A model generated the notes under the pieces. That model did no database searches. It worked only from the letters and a program-made list of their open reading frames with translations, and was not told the origin of the DNA. DNA of 64,000 bases from a virus (Duplodnaviria > Caudoviricetes): IMG/VR virus record IMGVR_UViG_3300031555_004710, positions 64,001 to 128,000 of that record; one strand, 5' to 3'. Shown here one piece after another: positions 46,035-56,696 of the stretch. The translations under genes were made by a program, and so were the position numbers. Numbering within the stretch: the first letter of the stretch is position 1; every line of letters starts with the position of its first letter.

Positions 46035-46892
46035 TTAGTCTCGTAGTGTAATCTTACTCAACTCTTGCTCAATCTTACTAAGATTTGGCATTTTTAGACT
46101 TCCTAAAGATGCAACTAATTTATTCTCCATCTCTTCATAATCCAGATTCATCTTTCTTCTAAGATTCATTGGTGAGGTTTGGAATGAGCACTGGCTATTT
46201 GTGCAACCAAGCATAGTATAATTACTATTCCATTTTAACTTATGCTGACATTTTGGGCATCTTAATAACTTATCCTTTTGATCATGAAGAGGATATAGAT
46301 AGCCATAGTCTAAGATACAAATGTCGTATAGATATTCAGAGTCTTCAGCATCATAGTAATCTCTCTCTTCAGGAGTTAATTTAGCTTCACGGCATCCCCA
46401 ATTATATGAATTCTTTAATGTGAAACCAATATCATCAAATAAATAGCTTTTACTCAAATCTTCTAAGATTTGCTTAATGCCAGCTTCATTAATGATAAAT
46501 TTATCTTGGTCCATAACTTCAATATATTCGCAAATATTTATGAGATAATTTGTCTCATATGTTTTTGCCAGATAACTTGGCAATTCGGTACTTCTTTTAA
46601 ACTCCTGGAAATTATCTACAAGACCTCTTCTATCGAGTGCAACCTTAACAACCACGCCATTATGAAGAAATGCTATTCGATTAGTTCCAGTACCAATTTC
46701 AGAAAATGTATTTCCAAGTATTTCGGCACATAATTCTGCTTTAATATTATTATCTGCAATATCTAATCGCATACAATTATAAAATAGTGCTTTCATTGTA
46801 GTATTATCAATAAAATATGATAGAATGTTTGGTACGACTTTTACGTCTCCAACCATTCCAGTTAACATATTTCCATTAAATATATTTTTCAT
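46035..46892 (-). CDS. protein kinase-like fold protein with C-terminal zinc ribbon
   Basis: IGTGTNR, VVVK, NFQE, DDIG..NWG, ILDYG; CPKC..CTNSQC; start at ATG 46892 after GGAGG. Confidence 0.7.
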   Translation of the reverse strand: MKNIFNGNMLTGMVGDVKVVPNILSYFIDNTTMKALFYNCMRLDIADNNIKAELCAEILGNTFSEIGTGTNRIAFLHNGVVVKVALDRRGLVDNFQEFKRSTELPSYLAKTYETNYLINICEYIEVMDQDKFIINEAGIKQILEDLSKSYLFDDIGFTLKNSYNWGCREAKLTPEERDYYDAEDSEYLYDICILDYGYLYPLHDQKDKLLRCPKCQHKLKWNSNYTMLGCTNSQCSFQTSPMNLRRKMNLDYEEMENKLVASLGSLKMPNLSKIEQELSKITLRD

Positions 46893-46893
46893 T

Positions 46894-48060
46894 TTAATAA
46901 TCCTCCGGTATAACATCACTAAGTCTGAAGTTTAAATTATCGTCTCTTGAAAAATGTGCTCTATTTCTTAAAAGAGCATCCTGTAATCTTCGATCACCAA
47001 TCATTCGTTCAGTAGAACGTTTTCTTCTTTTGGCTTCTTTCTTCTTTAGCTTCTTAATTTGCTTAGGTGTAAGATTACTATAATCAGTCTGATATTTTCC
47101 ATATTTTCTAGTAACTGCTCTTACAACTTCTTTATCCATTCCACTTGTAGCAGATTTATCTAAGAATCCAAATCCTGCCTCAGTTAGAGCCGATAATATT
47201 TCCTGCTGTCTCTGCCTTTCAGGATTCATTAAATATGCACTAGAAATATAGCTTGTTTTTGGAGCAAACATATCATCTATTACATCCTGTGGAAGATAAT
47301 CAAATTCATGTGAATTTTCCATTTCTTCTGTAAATGATGAAGCTACTCTTCCCCTATCTTCAACTGAATCTGTATTAGGATTATTTAAGAAATTGATAAT
47401 CGCATCCATTCCTTGCATATTACTTGTGGTTCTAGCATAAATTGAACTTATACGATCATTCTTAACTCTAGCACTTTCTTCCTTAGAATGTAATTTAGCA
47501 ATTCTTTTAGGTAATTCATAATCTTTATCATCAGATATTTCTTTATTAGGTATATCATCAATGGCCTGATTTATTATTTTTTCATCGATAATAAAATCTT
47601 CAATAATTCTACTGGGAGTAAATCCAGAACGAATAAGATTCTTGTTAGATTTCTTATTCGTTAATTTTGGTTTCTTTGGAATATAAATTGTAGAAACACC
47701 ATTATCTGCAGCATTTTTCATCATTTCAAAGCTACCATATGCCGAATCAATATATTCGACATAGTCTAAATATGCTTCATACGCATCTAAATAATCCCAA
47801 TAATTTGAATATTTTCTTCTAATTGTATATGCTTTAAGAACATTTGGATTTGTACATGTTCCTCTTAGTTTATAATCATCTCCATCATAATCATTTAATT
47901 GAACTCCCCATAAGAATTCTGGAAATATATCATCTGGGGCCAATTCTGCCAACTGAATAGTCTCTTTTGCAATGTCACGGATTTCTTCGAGATGCTGATT
48001 TTGATTTGCTAAACTATTTTCGGTATCAGTATCAACGTAAAATAATCCCATTATAATCAC
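46894..48060 (-). CDS. hypothetical protein with basic C-terminus
   Basis: 388-aa ORF, first gene of operon after TATATTAT at 48089-48096. Confidence 0.8.
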   Translation of the reverse strand: MIIMGLFYVDTDTENSLANQNQHLEEIRDIAKETIQLAELAPDDIFPEFLWGVQLNDYDGDDYKLRGTCTNPNVLKAYTIRRKYSNYWDYLDAYEAYLDYVEYIDSAYGSFEMMKNAADNGVSTIYIPKKPKLTNKKSNKNLIRSGFTPSRIIEDFIIDEKIINQAIDDIPNKEISDDKDYELPKRIAKLHSKEESARVKNDRISSIYARTTSNMQGMDAIINFLNNPNTDSVEDRGRVASSFTEEMENSHEFDYLPQDVIDDMFAPKTSYISSAYLMNPERQRQQEILSALTEAGFGFLDKSATSGMDKEVVRAVTRKYGKYQTDYSNLTPKQIKKLKKKEAKRRKRSTERMIGDRRLQDALLRNRAHFSRDDNLNFRLSDVIPEDY

Positions 48061-48123
48061 CCTTCCATTTCATTTATCATGCATATAAATAATATATGAT
48101 TAAAAAATAATTCGGGTTTAAAA

Positions 48124-48165
48124 ATATCTGTATATAGAGCAATAAAATACTCTATATACAGATAT
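48124..48165. terminator. intrinsic terminator
   Basis: ATATCTGTATATAGAG/CTCTATATACAGATAT. Confidence 0.75.
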
Positions 48166-48167
48166 AA

Positions 48168-48641
48168 TTAATAACCTGAAGATGTATAATCATCTTCATA
48201 TAATTCAGTTTCATTATATACAAATTTTCTATAAAAATCTGGAAGATTTCTCATCATTTCATAATAATTTTTAATTAAATATCCAGTAATATCATCCATT
48301 AGATCCATTAAAGATTCTTCGGTTCTAATTCTTTGCTCAGAAATACATAATACAATATAGTTTCTTGATAGAATATTTACTTCTAAATCTTTTTCGCAAA
48401 CTAAAAGAAATACCCCACTATAAGGTTCTAGGGTTTCTGATTTACATAACACTCCTAATGCCATCTCCCCAGATTCAATTAAATGCCTATTTTTTGAATT
48501 TGGTGGATAAAGTTTATTTAGATTTCTTAATATATCTGAAAATGATAAATCGGTGATATCTAAATTTATTTGAGTGTAATCAATTTCCTTTACCGATTCC
48601 GGAAGAAATGTTTTTAAAAAATCAATTTTATTTTCAATCAT
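48168..48641 (-). CDS. hypothetical protein
   Basis: 157 aa; TATATTAT at 48685-48692. Confidence 0.75.
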   Translation of the reverse strand: MIENKIDFLKTFLPESVKEIDYTQINLDITDLSFSDILRNLNKLYPPNSKNRHLIESGEMALGVLCKSETLEPYSGVFLLVCEKDLEVNILSRNYIVLCISEQRIRTEESLMDLMDDITGYLIKNYYEMMRNLPDFYRKFVYNETELYEDDYTSSGY

Positions 48642-48745
48642 TAAAAATCACATCCAATCAAAATAAAAATAAAAAAATAACTTTATAATATATGTATAGT
48701 AAAAAATAAAATACATACGATCATTTGATCGTATGTATTATTTAC

Positions 48746-49027
48746 TCACATATCGGCAAGTTTATACCTTCCGTCAACTAATTCGTATATACCATATTGT
48801 CCACATGCTCTTGGTTCTTTACCACTATGTAAAAGTACATCGAATGTGGAAAATATGTTGGAATCGTCAATATACTTTGCATTATTTAATTTATTTTCTC
48901 TATATTTTAGAAACTCTGTAAAAGCTTCTTCAATAGTTCCATCAAAATCATCGGGAAGGATAAATGTGCAATCTTTTATCATTAATATTTTTTTAGGAAG
49001 ATTTTCTCTTCGCATATTGGTCACCAA
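48746..49027 (-). CDS. hypothetical protein
   Basis: 93 aa, AAGGAG SD. Confidence 0.7.
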   Translation of the reverse strand: MVTNMRRENLPKKILMIKDCTFILPDDFDGTIEEAFTEFLKYRENKLNNAKYIDDSNIFSTFDVLLHSGKEPRACGQYGIYELVDGRYKLADM

Positions 49028-49057
49028 CTCCTTTCCAATAATGATATAAAATAAACA

Positions 49058-49780
49058 CTAGTCTGTATCTTCTAATGCCTTTTCGGAATCAGAAGGTGTA
49101 AAAATTGAATTTTTCCATTCTTCAGGAATTTCAGGAAAACTAAATCCATCGACATTTAAATATACAAATTCAACATCCAATGAATCCGATACCAAATCTT
49201 GAGTCTGTAGACTTAGATTAACTTTTGCTTCAATTTTTTCAATTAATGAAGTATTCATATAAGGTTCATATTCTTTAAAGAATTCATTATATTTATGATA
49301 AATGTATTGTAATGGAATAAATATTCTTCCATTATGAACTAGTTCATGCATTGTTGAAGTCAGTGGTACCAACCCTACCAATCCAGAATAATGAAGGTCC
49401 ATTACTTCATCGGCAACATTTAAAGCATTAATAGATTCACCATGCTCTAAACGCCTTGATATAACTGTTTCAACTATATCAAATAGTGTAAAGGGTTCAT
49501 GATGTATCTCTATATGATATCTTTTACCATTACCATTTTTTATATTTGATAAAATAATACATGCATCCATATTAAGATTATTTTTTAAAAATCTAATATA
49601 ATCTTTATATTCTGTAGATTTTCGTATTACTGTCTCACATGTCTTTATAAACTTCTCTCTATCTCTTGGAGTAACATATTTTGGTATAGGACGTTTTGGA
49701 AGTTCTTCAATTTTAACATCTATCTCTCTCTTTGCCCTATCTTTCTTACCTTCTGAGAAACTTTTTTTATACAGAATCAT
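49058..49780 (-). CDS. HNH-like motif protein (paralog of 41043-41684)
   Basis: IEIHHEPFTLFDI...LVPLTSTMHELVH. Confidence 0.6.
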   Translation of the reverse strand: MILYKKSFSEGKKDRAKREIDVKIEELPKRPIPKYVTPRDREKFIKTCETVIRKSTEYKDYIRFLKNNLNMDACIILSNIKNGNGKRYHIEIHHEPFTLFDIVETVISRRLEHGESINALNVADEVMDLHYSGLVGLVPLTSTMHELVHNGRIFIPLQYIYHKYNEFFKEYEPYMNTSLIEKIEAKVNLSLQTQDLVSDSLDVEFVYLNVDGFSFPEIPEEWKNSIFTPSDSEKALEDTD

Positions 49781-50508
49781 TTATTATATACACCTCCAAT
49801 TTGAATTCCTCTAGATTTTGCATATGAGAATTCTTCGCTAGAGGCAAACTGATTACAATATATTTTATTGACTAATGCTGGATATTTTTTAAGTAATTCA
49901 TTATGAGTCATTCCACCGTAATTTCCAGTAATATATGGCATATGAACTTCATCATATACACTCTTATTCTCATTAAGGAAATTGGCTTTATGATCATTCA
50001 TTTCTCCAACAAATAATCTTTTCTTATAAGTGTCATTAACAATAATATCACATGAGAAAGGAGCAGCTGATGATACATATTCTTTTGTAAGAGAAATATT
50101 TATTGTACCAATATCTTTATTTGATCTAGGTACATATAACGAAATATTATCATTTTCAGTTCGAATAATATCACTTTTAAAATCTGCTCTAACGTAGTTC
50201 TCGATCATATATTTTGAAAAAATCTTACATGTCTTACGAAATGTATTAGTAATAGTATCCCATGCAAGATAATAATCAGATGCAAAAGTAACTCCAATAT
50301 CAGGAGCAACTAAATATATATTTCTTGCAATGTGATTTTTTACTATATTTATAACGTCCCTATAAAATGCTGGAACTAACGGAATTACTATTAGTACAGT
50401 ATTATATAAATCTGACATACAGTATATTGAAGATTTATATGAAGGATTTGTTAGTGAATATGGCGGACGAAATAATCCATAATATCCACTATGAACAAAA
50501 TTTTGCAT
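49777..50508 (-). CDS. hypothetical protein, possibly a degenerate metallo-beta-lactamase fold
   Basis: 243 aa, GGAGG SD; weak MBL-like spacing without HxHxDH. Confidence 0.5.
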   Translation of the reverse strand: MQNFVHSGYYGLFRPPYSLTNPSYKSSIYCMSDLYNTVLIVIPLVPAFYRDVINIVKNHIARNIYLVAPDIGVTFASDYYLAWDTITNTFRKTCKIFSKYMIENYVRADFKSDIIRTENDNISLYVPRSNKDIGTINISLTKEYVSSAAPFSCDIIVNDTYKKRLFVGEMNDHKANFLNENKSVYDEVHMPYITGNYGGMTHNELLKKYPALVNKIYCNQFASSEEFSYAKSRGIQIGGVYNK

Positions 50509-50549
50509 ATAGACTACCTCCTTTAATAGAATGGTTAAATCTAAGATAT

Positions 50550-50604
50550 TAAAAATCTGTTCCCTGTATATTTATCACAAAATATGTAGAAAAACAGCCA
50601 AATA
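50550..50604. promoter_or_regulatory. divergent pair of late-type promoters
   Basis: AACAgattttTA (minus, 50550-50561) and AACAgccaaaTA (plus, 50593-50604). Confidence 0.6.
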
Positions 50605-50653
50605 ATTTATTACAACCAATGATTTTTTACATAGAAAGAGGTGTAAAAAGAAT

Positions 50654-53600
50654 ATGACAAATGGTACTCAATCAAATGTATTATATTCGAATGAATTATT
50701 TAAGCAATATATAATGCAAATGTCAACAGGTATAATTTGGAAAAATTTATCAAAAGCATTAGAGAATGAATCAACTGATTTAGTTGATTTATATCTGATA
50801 GAACTTTTTATAAATGCTAATCGTGGACTTCTTAATTTTGATATAATTAAATCATTTCCTAGAAAAATTTTAGAAGAAGTGTTTGTATCTCCTAGTGAAA
50901 AGGAGATGATAGAAGTATATGCAGCAGATAAAAATAAAATACCTGTAGATATGAGAAATAGTGTTGTAAAAGCATATGAAACAGCTTTATCATCATATGA
51001 TACTGAATCTGGATATCCAGTATTCTATACTGAGACAAATGACTATTATAGAATGCTTATGGGACTTCCAAATAAAGATGATAAAGATTTTGTCTATGTC
51101 AATAATTCAAAAACTCCAATTCATGAACTTCCGAGAGTAACAAGACTCGAATTAGAAAATGATGGAATTCTTGAAGATTTAATTAAGAAATACCCAGATA
51201 AAGAATATTTAAAACACATTGGTAGAAAAAGTATAAACCCATTTAAGGCAAGAGTTGCCGATAAATTTGATTTATTGTATCATGATAATTCATCATCCGA
51301 TACATTAGACAGAGATTTTGTTGATACTTATAATAGCGCTAAACAGTTAGCATTACATGTATATTATAGTAAATCATTAAGTAAATCTAATGGTTTATAT
51401 GAGAATTTTTTAGCGATGTCAATTTTATTTATTACAATACAATCAATGCAGTATAAATATTTAAAGGTCGATATTACTAGAGACTTCTACGATATTGAAT
51501 CATTAAAACTTATTTATGATTCTTATGGTATTCCTTTTTATGATGAAATTCCTCTAGAATATCATCGAAAAATTGTAAAAAATATTAATAAATTAATATC
51601 ATATAAAGGTTCATCTCAAGTTTTCTTTGATTTATTTGATATTTTTGATATTGGTTCTATAGATGTGTACCAATACTTTTTAACAAAAACCCATATATTC
51701 GATGATAAAGGAAACCCTAAATTTGAATTTAAAAAAGATGCATCTGGTAATATTATAAAAGATATTAATGGCAATCCAATTTATGATGATAAAGCTAATT
51801 ATAAAATACAATTTTCTAGAGCTAAAATATACGATGACCCAGCATTGGCTGTATCTGATGAAGCAAATGACACAGAATATGAATTAATCACTTCTCAAGA
51901 TCCGTATTGGGTTGATGATGATGAACTTATGTCGAAACTTGCTGGAGAAGATTTTAATTATTTAGAATCTAAATATATTGGTATTCAAACAGTTTTTGAT
52001 TTAATGAAAATAACATATGAAAATGCTTATATTTTTAGAATGATTATTGATAATAGAGAATTAACCGACAATTTAACATTTACTTGGACTGATATCGGTA
52101 TTGAATGCTCTATTTTTGATGCATTTATTTATCTAGCAACACTTTATTGTGCTAGACGAGGATATAAAGGAATAATAAATAAAGAATCATATTTACAAGA
52201 TTTATATTCAGATAGAGAAGTTGCAAAAAATTCAGATAATACTGAACTAGTTAAAAAACTTGATGAAGAAATCAAAAGTATTGAATCTGATGAAAGTATT
52301 AATGGAATACCTGCAGTAATGGATACTCTTGGTTATAATTTTAAAGAAGCAATTAATATAATTAATAATGCTAAATCTAATAGTCCATATATTGCTGAGA
52401 ATCGCGAATTAATTGAATTAATAAGCAGTAATAAGATAACTAATTTAAGTAGTATTGATACAATATACGATAATATTGAGAAAATTAGAAATTTTCTTAT
52501 AAATGGATACACCAATGCAACTACTATAGAAGAATATCATGCATATAGAGATTTGTACAAATCACTTATGGTTTCTAAAGAAATTGAATCTGTATATAGA
52601 AAATTTAAAAGAGATGATAATAATAAAATTGTGTATGATAAATATTCTGGTAAACCATTGTATTCAGATGCGATTCATAGCGATTTTGAATCTGTGTTAG
52701 ATGATATCTCACCGGAGTTAATGGAAAGATATATACTACTAATACCAACCGATGATGCTAATATAGATTATACAGCAATAGATACAGAAATGACTATTGT
52801 CATAGATCAGATAGAGTCGATTATTACAAAATTAAAATATACTTCAATGTCTATTGGATTAGGTAATAGTAATTTAATAGATTCATTATTTAAAATACTT
52901 AACTTTTTTAAATCTGCTAAAGCAGAACTTGTTGGGTATAATATAATATATACCATTACAATGAGAGGAACTAATTTCTTTAAGATGTTAGATAAGATGC
53001 ATAGCTATATTTATGAAAGTGGAAAAGATGATGAATTAAAATTTAAAGAGATTCTTAAGATTGTAGCTGACATATTTTATCATAAACATGAAATAATGTC
53101 TCTAATTGAAGATATAAAAGATAAAGAAACCAGAGTATACCTAGAAGAATATCTTGAATCATTAGATGTACATCTAGTATACGCATTGGAAACTCTCGAT
53201 CATATTTTTAAAGATGATACTTGGTATATTGATTTTATGCATTCTATAAATACTACAGCAAAATTATCATCTAAAATGATTCTAGAAGATATTTCTAACT
53301 TATCATTAACGTCATTAGATATATTAGAACCTAGACATTTTGGTTTGCTTATAGATAATATGGTTATACTAAAAGATGCATTATCATTAGACCCATCGTT
53401 AATTAATACATATAATATTCTAGATATTATAAAATCTATCGATAAATTGTATCGTAGTATAGTTACTTCTAATGATAAATCTTTATCAAGTACATTAAAA
53501 ATTGATAGTGATAAAGTAATATCAACCGAAAGTACTTTGACTATAAATGATAATATCAATGATTCATATGAATCATTAATGATATTATGTAATTTTATAA

Positions 53601-53791
53601 AAGATGAAATTAGTAAATATTCCGATAATATAACATATAATGAATTTATAACTAATATGAGACGCGATAATCAATATATTATTGATATCTCTACATTAAT
53701 GAATGAATATATTGAGAAGATAGATACATCAATAGTTGTGGACAGTTTATTCGAATTTAACTCTAATGGAGAAATGATATTGATTAAATAA
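50654..53791 (+). CDS. virion structural protein, baseplate wedge-like
   Basis: 1045 aa; KNINKLISYKGSSQVF resembles the KGT motif of baseplate wedge proteins; late-type promoter. Confidence 0.55.
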   Translation: MTNGTQSNVLYSNELFKQYIMQMSTGIIWKNLSKALENESTDLVDLYLIELFINANRGLLNFDIIKSFPRKILEEVFVSPSEKEMIEVYAADKNKIPVDMRNSVVKAYETALSSYDTESGYPVFYTETNDYYRMLMGLPNKDDKDFVYVNNSKTPIHELPRVTRLELENDGILEDLIKKYPDKEYLKHIGRKSINPFKARVADKFDLLYHDNSSSDTLDRDFVDTYNSAKQLALHVYYSKSLSKSNGLYENFLAMSILFITIQSMQYKYLKVDITRDFYDIESLKLIYDSYGIPFYDEIPLEYHRKIVKNINKLISYKGSSQVFFDLFDIFDIGSIDVYQYFLTKTHIFDDKGNPKFEFKKDASGNIIKDINGNPIYDDKANYKIQFSRAKIYDDPALAVSDEANDTEYELITSQDPYWVDDDELMSKLAGEDFNYLESKYIGIQTVFDLMKITYENAYIFRMIIDNRELTDNLTFTWTDIGIECSIFDAFIYLATLYCARRGYKGIINKESYLQDLYSDREVAKNSDNTELVKKLDEEIKSIESDESINGIPAVMDTLGYNFKEAINIINNAKSNSPYIAENRELIELISSNKITNLSSIDTIYDNIEKIRNFLINGYTNATTIEEYHAYRDLYKSLMVSKEIESVYRKFKRDDNNKIVYDKYSGKPLYSDAIHSDFESVLDDISPELMERYILLIPTDDANIDYTAIDTEMTIVIDQIESIITKLKYTSMSIGLGNSNLIDSLFKILNFFKSAKAELVGYNIIYTITMRGTNFFKMLDKMHSYIYESGKDDELKFKEILKIVADIFYHKHEIMSLIEDIKDKETRVYLEEYLESLDVHLVYALETLDHIFKDDTWYIDFMHSINTTAKLSSKMILEDISNLSLTSLDILEPRHFGLLIDNMVILKDALSLDPSLINTYNILDIIKSIDKLYRSIVTSNDKSLSSTLKIDSDKVISTESTLTINDNINDSYESLMILCNFIKDEISKYSDNITYNEFITNMRRDNQYIIDISTLMNEYIEKIDTSIVVDSLFEFNSNGEMILIK

Positions 53792-53877
53792 TACAATTAT
53801 ATTTAGTAAAAACAAAATAATTAATTATAACGAATAATCAACAACTAATTTTTGAAGAAAGTGAGGTACATTTAAAT

Positions 53878-54708
53878 ATGAACCCTATTAGAATAAATGA
53901 TTTTATGGTAAGTAATGATGATCTCGTTATTACAAATAAGATAAAAACAGAATGTGCTGCACCTCATGGAAGATTATTTCAGGTTTTAGGTGTAGATAAT
54001 GGACGTAGAGTAGTTAAAGAAATTGCATGTAATACCGTTGTTGTGGGTGGTGCTATAACAGCTTTAGAAAATCTTACAGGAGCAACTGCTAACTGGAAAC
54101 CTAGCACATTAAATGCTACTTATGGTATAAATGCGCCAGTTGCAAGTGGAACTCCAAAATTAGCATTATTTGGCATAGGTAAAGGTAGTGCAAATCTTGA
54201 CTTTGGTTCATATGTAGATCCAAATGTTAAGCAAAAAGATATCTTAGATCCAATTCCATTAAGATACTGCGAAAGTGTTACTGGCGATGATGCAAGTAAA
54301 TACTTTATGAAAGTTAAAAATTCTGATGGTATTACAAATAGTTGGTATTTAAAACAATTTTCTTCCACACCTATAATAAAAACATGCTGGAAAAATTCAG
54401 TTAATGATGAAACCGGTACAGAAATTTTATCTGGAGATATTCATGAAAGTCAGAATACTGAAGGAATTGAAACATTTACAGAACTTCAGATAGATATGAA
54501 TACTTTTGATGGAAGAGAATATTTTGAAGCAACTGGAAAACTTAAAGAAGCTAGATATAATACATTTGGTTTTTATACAGGATCATACGATCCAAAAACA
54601 AATGAATATGCTGATGTTAGATTATATTCAGCAGTTGCATTTAATAATAGAGGTTTAGATTTATCATCAAAATCTCAGTTTATCTATAGAATATATAGTT
54701 TAATTTAG
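53878..54708 (+). CDS. virion structural protein (baseplate/tail-fibre attachment-like)
   Basis: NTVVVGG, FGIGKG, NTFGFY, FIYRI pattern of tail-fibre N-terminal-like domains. Confidence 0.5.
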   Translation: MNPIRINDFMVSNDDLVITNKIKTECAAPHGRLFQVLGVDNGRRVVKEIACNTVVVGGAITALENLTGATANWKPSTLNATYGINAPVASGTPKLALFGIGKGSANLDFGSYVDPNVKQKDILDPIPLRYCESVTGDDASKYFMKVKNSDGITNSWYLKQFSSTPIIKTCWKNSVNDETGTEILSGDIHESQNTEGIETFTELQIDMNTFDGREYFEATGKLKEARYNTFGFYTGSYDPKTNEYADVRLYSAVAFNNRGLDLSSKSQFIYRIYSLI

Positions 54709-54730
54709 GTAAAATAAATTTTTATAAGTT

Positions 54731-54765
54731 AAAAAAGAAGAAATCAAATTGATTTCTTCTTTTTT
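54731..54765. terminator. bidirectional terminator
   Basis: AAAAAAGAAGAAATCAA/TTGATTTCTTCTTTTTT. Confidence 0.85.
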
Positions 54766-54799
54766 ATTTCTTGAATTATTTATGAAATTCATTGTAATA

Positions 54800-55999
54800 T
54801 TAATCTGCTGTACATATATCTTCTTCATTTAATTGACCTGCACACATTATTATTTTTTCAAAATGTTGCATATTAAATATTGATGCATTTACATACGGGA
54901 TAGTAAATCCGGCAGCTTCTTTATGTCCTCCACCACCAAATATCTTAGCTATATTAGAAACATCTATTTCAGGTTTATTGGAATATATTGACACTTGGTT
55001 ATTAGACACAACTGCACAGAAATCTAAATCAGTATTTCTTTCAAGTGTTGTATTTGCTATTACTGGACTGGATTTTTCTGCAAAAATTACACCAATTTCA
55101 TAATCGAGTTCATGAACTTTTCCATCTTTATAGATGGTATATTTGAATGGAGTTCTAACCATTCTACGTATAGCAGATTCGACATATTTTTCATTTTTAT
55201 TCTGCTCAAGTTCTAATACCTTTGTAATCCATGTATAGTTACCATTTGATTGAGTAAGACATTCCCAATTAGGAGAGTATAAATATTCTCTTATATAAGA
55301 TTTAAACTCATCACGGTCCATAATATGGAAGAGAGTATTTAGTCTAGGAGCATCAAAGTATGTCATATCAATTTCATTTATTGAATCATTTCTGGTATTC
55401 CAGAATTCGAATGTGTCATAGACTCTAACGCATTCGACAAAATAAGCAATGGCTTTACGAATATTTTGATTATGAATCAATGAATATACTTTATCATTTC
55501 TAATAAAGTTGTAGTAAAGCTCGGTTGCGCATGTTAGTTTATTTTCGCGAATTGGGCTCTTCTCAGTAACAGTAAAATTACTAGGAAGATCTGCAACTTC
55601 GCATAGATGATGGTCAAATACTTTAACTTTATTTCCTTTAGGATGAGCATTTATCATATCAACAAGTTTTTGATTAACCGCTAAGTCTGTAATGACCACC
55701 AAATCATAATTATCTATATTATTGAAAGTCTCTTCCATTTCAGCAGATAATTTATTAGGTAATATATTAGCAGTTTCAAGTGTCATTGCGCCATCAGGAT
55801 AGAAATGCATAAGAATTTCTGAAAGTATAGTTGAACCATATCCATCAAGGTCTAGGTGACTAATATGTTTCATTCTTAATAAAGGTGAAACTGGTGGTTC
55901 TGGCTCATCTAAACTCTTATTCATCGCCTCAATTAATTTTGCTTCATCGATAGAAATATTTTCGACTTGGTTATTTTGCAAGTTTGTAGTATTTTCCAT
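54800..55999 (-). CDS. DHH/DHHA1 family phosphoesterase
   Basis: SHLDLDG, ITDL, FDHH, GGGGHKEAAGF. Confidence 0.9.
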   Translation of the reverse strand: MENTTNLQNNQVENISIDEAKLIEAMNKSLDEPEPPVSPLLRMKHISHLDLDGYGSTILSEILMHFYPDGAMTLETANILPNKLSAEMEETFNNIDNYDLVVITDLAVNQKLVDMINAHPKGNKVKVFDHHLCEVADLPSNFTVTEKSPIRENKLTCATELYYNFIRNDKVYSLIHNQNIRKAIAYFVECVRVYDTFEFWNTRNDSINEIDMTYFDAPRLNTLFHIMDRDEFKSYIREYLYSPNWECLTQSNGNYTWITKVLELEQNKNEKYVESAIRRMVRTPFKYTIYKDGKVHELDYEIGVIFAEKSSPVIANTTLERNTDLDFCAVVSNNQVSIYSNKPEIDVSNIAKIFGGGGHKEAAGFTIPYVNASIFNMQHFEKIIMCAGQLNEEDICTAD

Positions 56000-56063
56000 A
56001 TAATTTCATCTCGCTTTCTTAATTATACTTTAATTCATTGTACATTGTCTAATAAATTAAAAA

Positions 56064-56101
56064 TAATTACAGAATATCCAATTATGGATATTCTGTAATT
56101 A
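56064..56101. terminator. intrinsic terminator
   Basis: TAATTACAGAATATCCA/TGGATATTCTGTAATTA. Confidence 0.75.
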
Positions 56102-56113
56102 TATTAAAATATT

Positions 56114-56566
56114 TTACTCTTCTACAGCTTCTTCTTTAGTTTCAGGTTTCTCCTTAATCATAAGATCAAAGATTGAATTAACCGGTGCTGCTGTAATTGC
56201 TAAGGTCATTCCTTCAGGAATTATAGCATAGTTTCCGTATGCTTTAGCAAAGTCTGCTACGATAGTCGTTACAAGATCAGTAGGGATCTGTTCACCATAT
56301 TTTTCAGTAATCATTTCTGCAGTCATTGCACCAGCACCACCACAAGAAAGTGCAAAGTCAATAAAAGGTTTCTTTAATAAACCTAAAATTGCCCCATTTT
56401 CAAAATTTTCCTGAGAAGGATATGTTACAATATCAAGATGAGTAGCATCATCAATTACTACGCTAGTTGTAACACCATCTTTTATTTGCATTTTATTTGC
56501 AAGATGATTGTCAACCATTTCATTTTTCATAACTAAAGCCATGATTAAATACCTCCTTAAATTCAA
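56114..56566 (-). CDS. hypothetical protein (true start probably MALVMK after AAGGAGG)
   Basis: 150-aa ORF. Confidence 0.75.
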   Translation of the reverse strand: MNLRRYLIMALVMKNEMVDNHLANKMQIKDGVTTSVVIDDATHLDIVTYPSQENFENGAILGLLKKPFIDFALSCGGAGAMTAEMITEKYGEQIPTDLVTTIVADFAKAYGNYAIIPEGMTLAITAAPVNSIFDLMIKEKPETKEEAVEE

Positions 56567-56696
56567 TACTTATTTAATTCATAATAATTATAATATTGTA
56601 TTCATATAAATAGAAATTAAAAGTATTATTTAAATGTTAAATTTAATTGTTATATTAAGGACAATTATATAATTTTATTACTAATGTACTATAATT

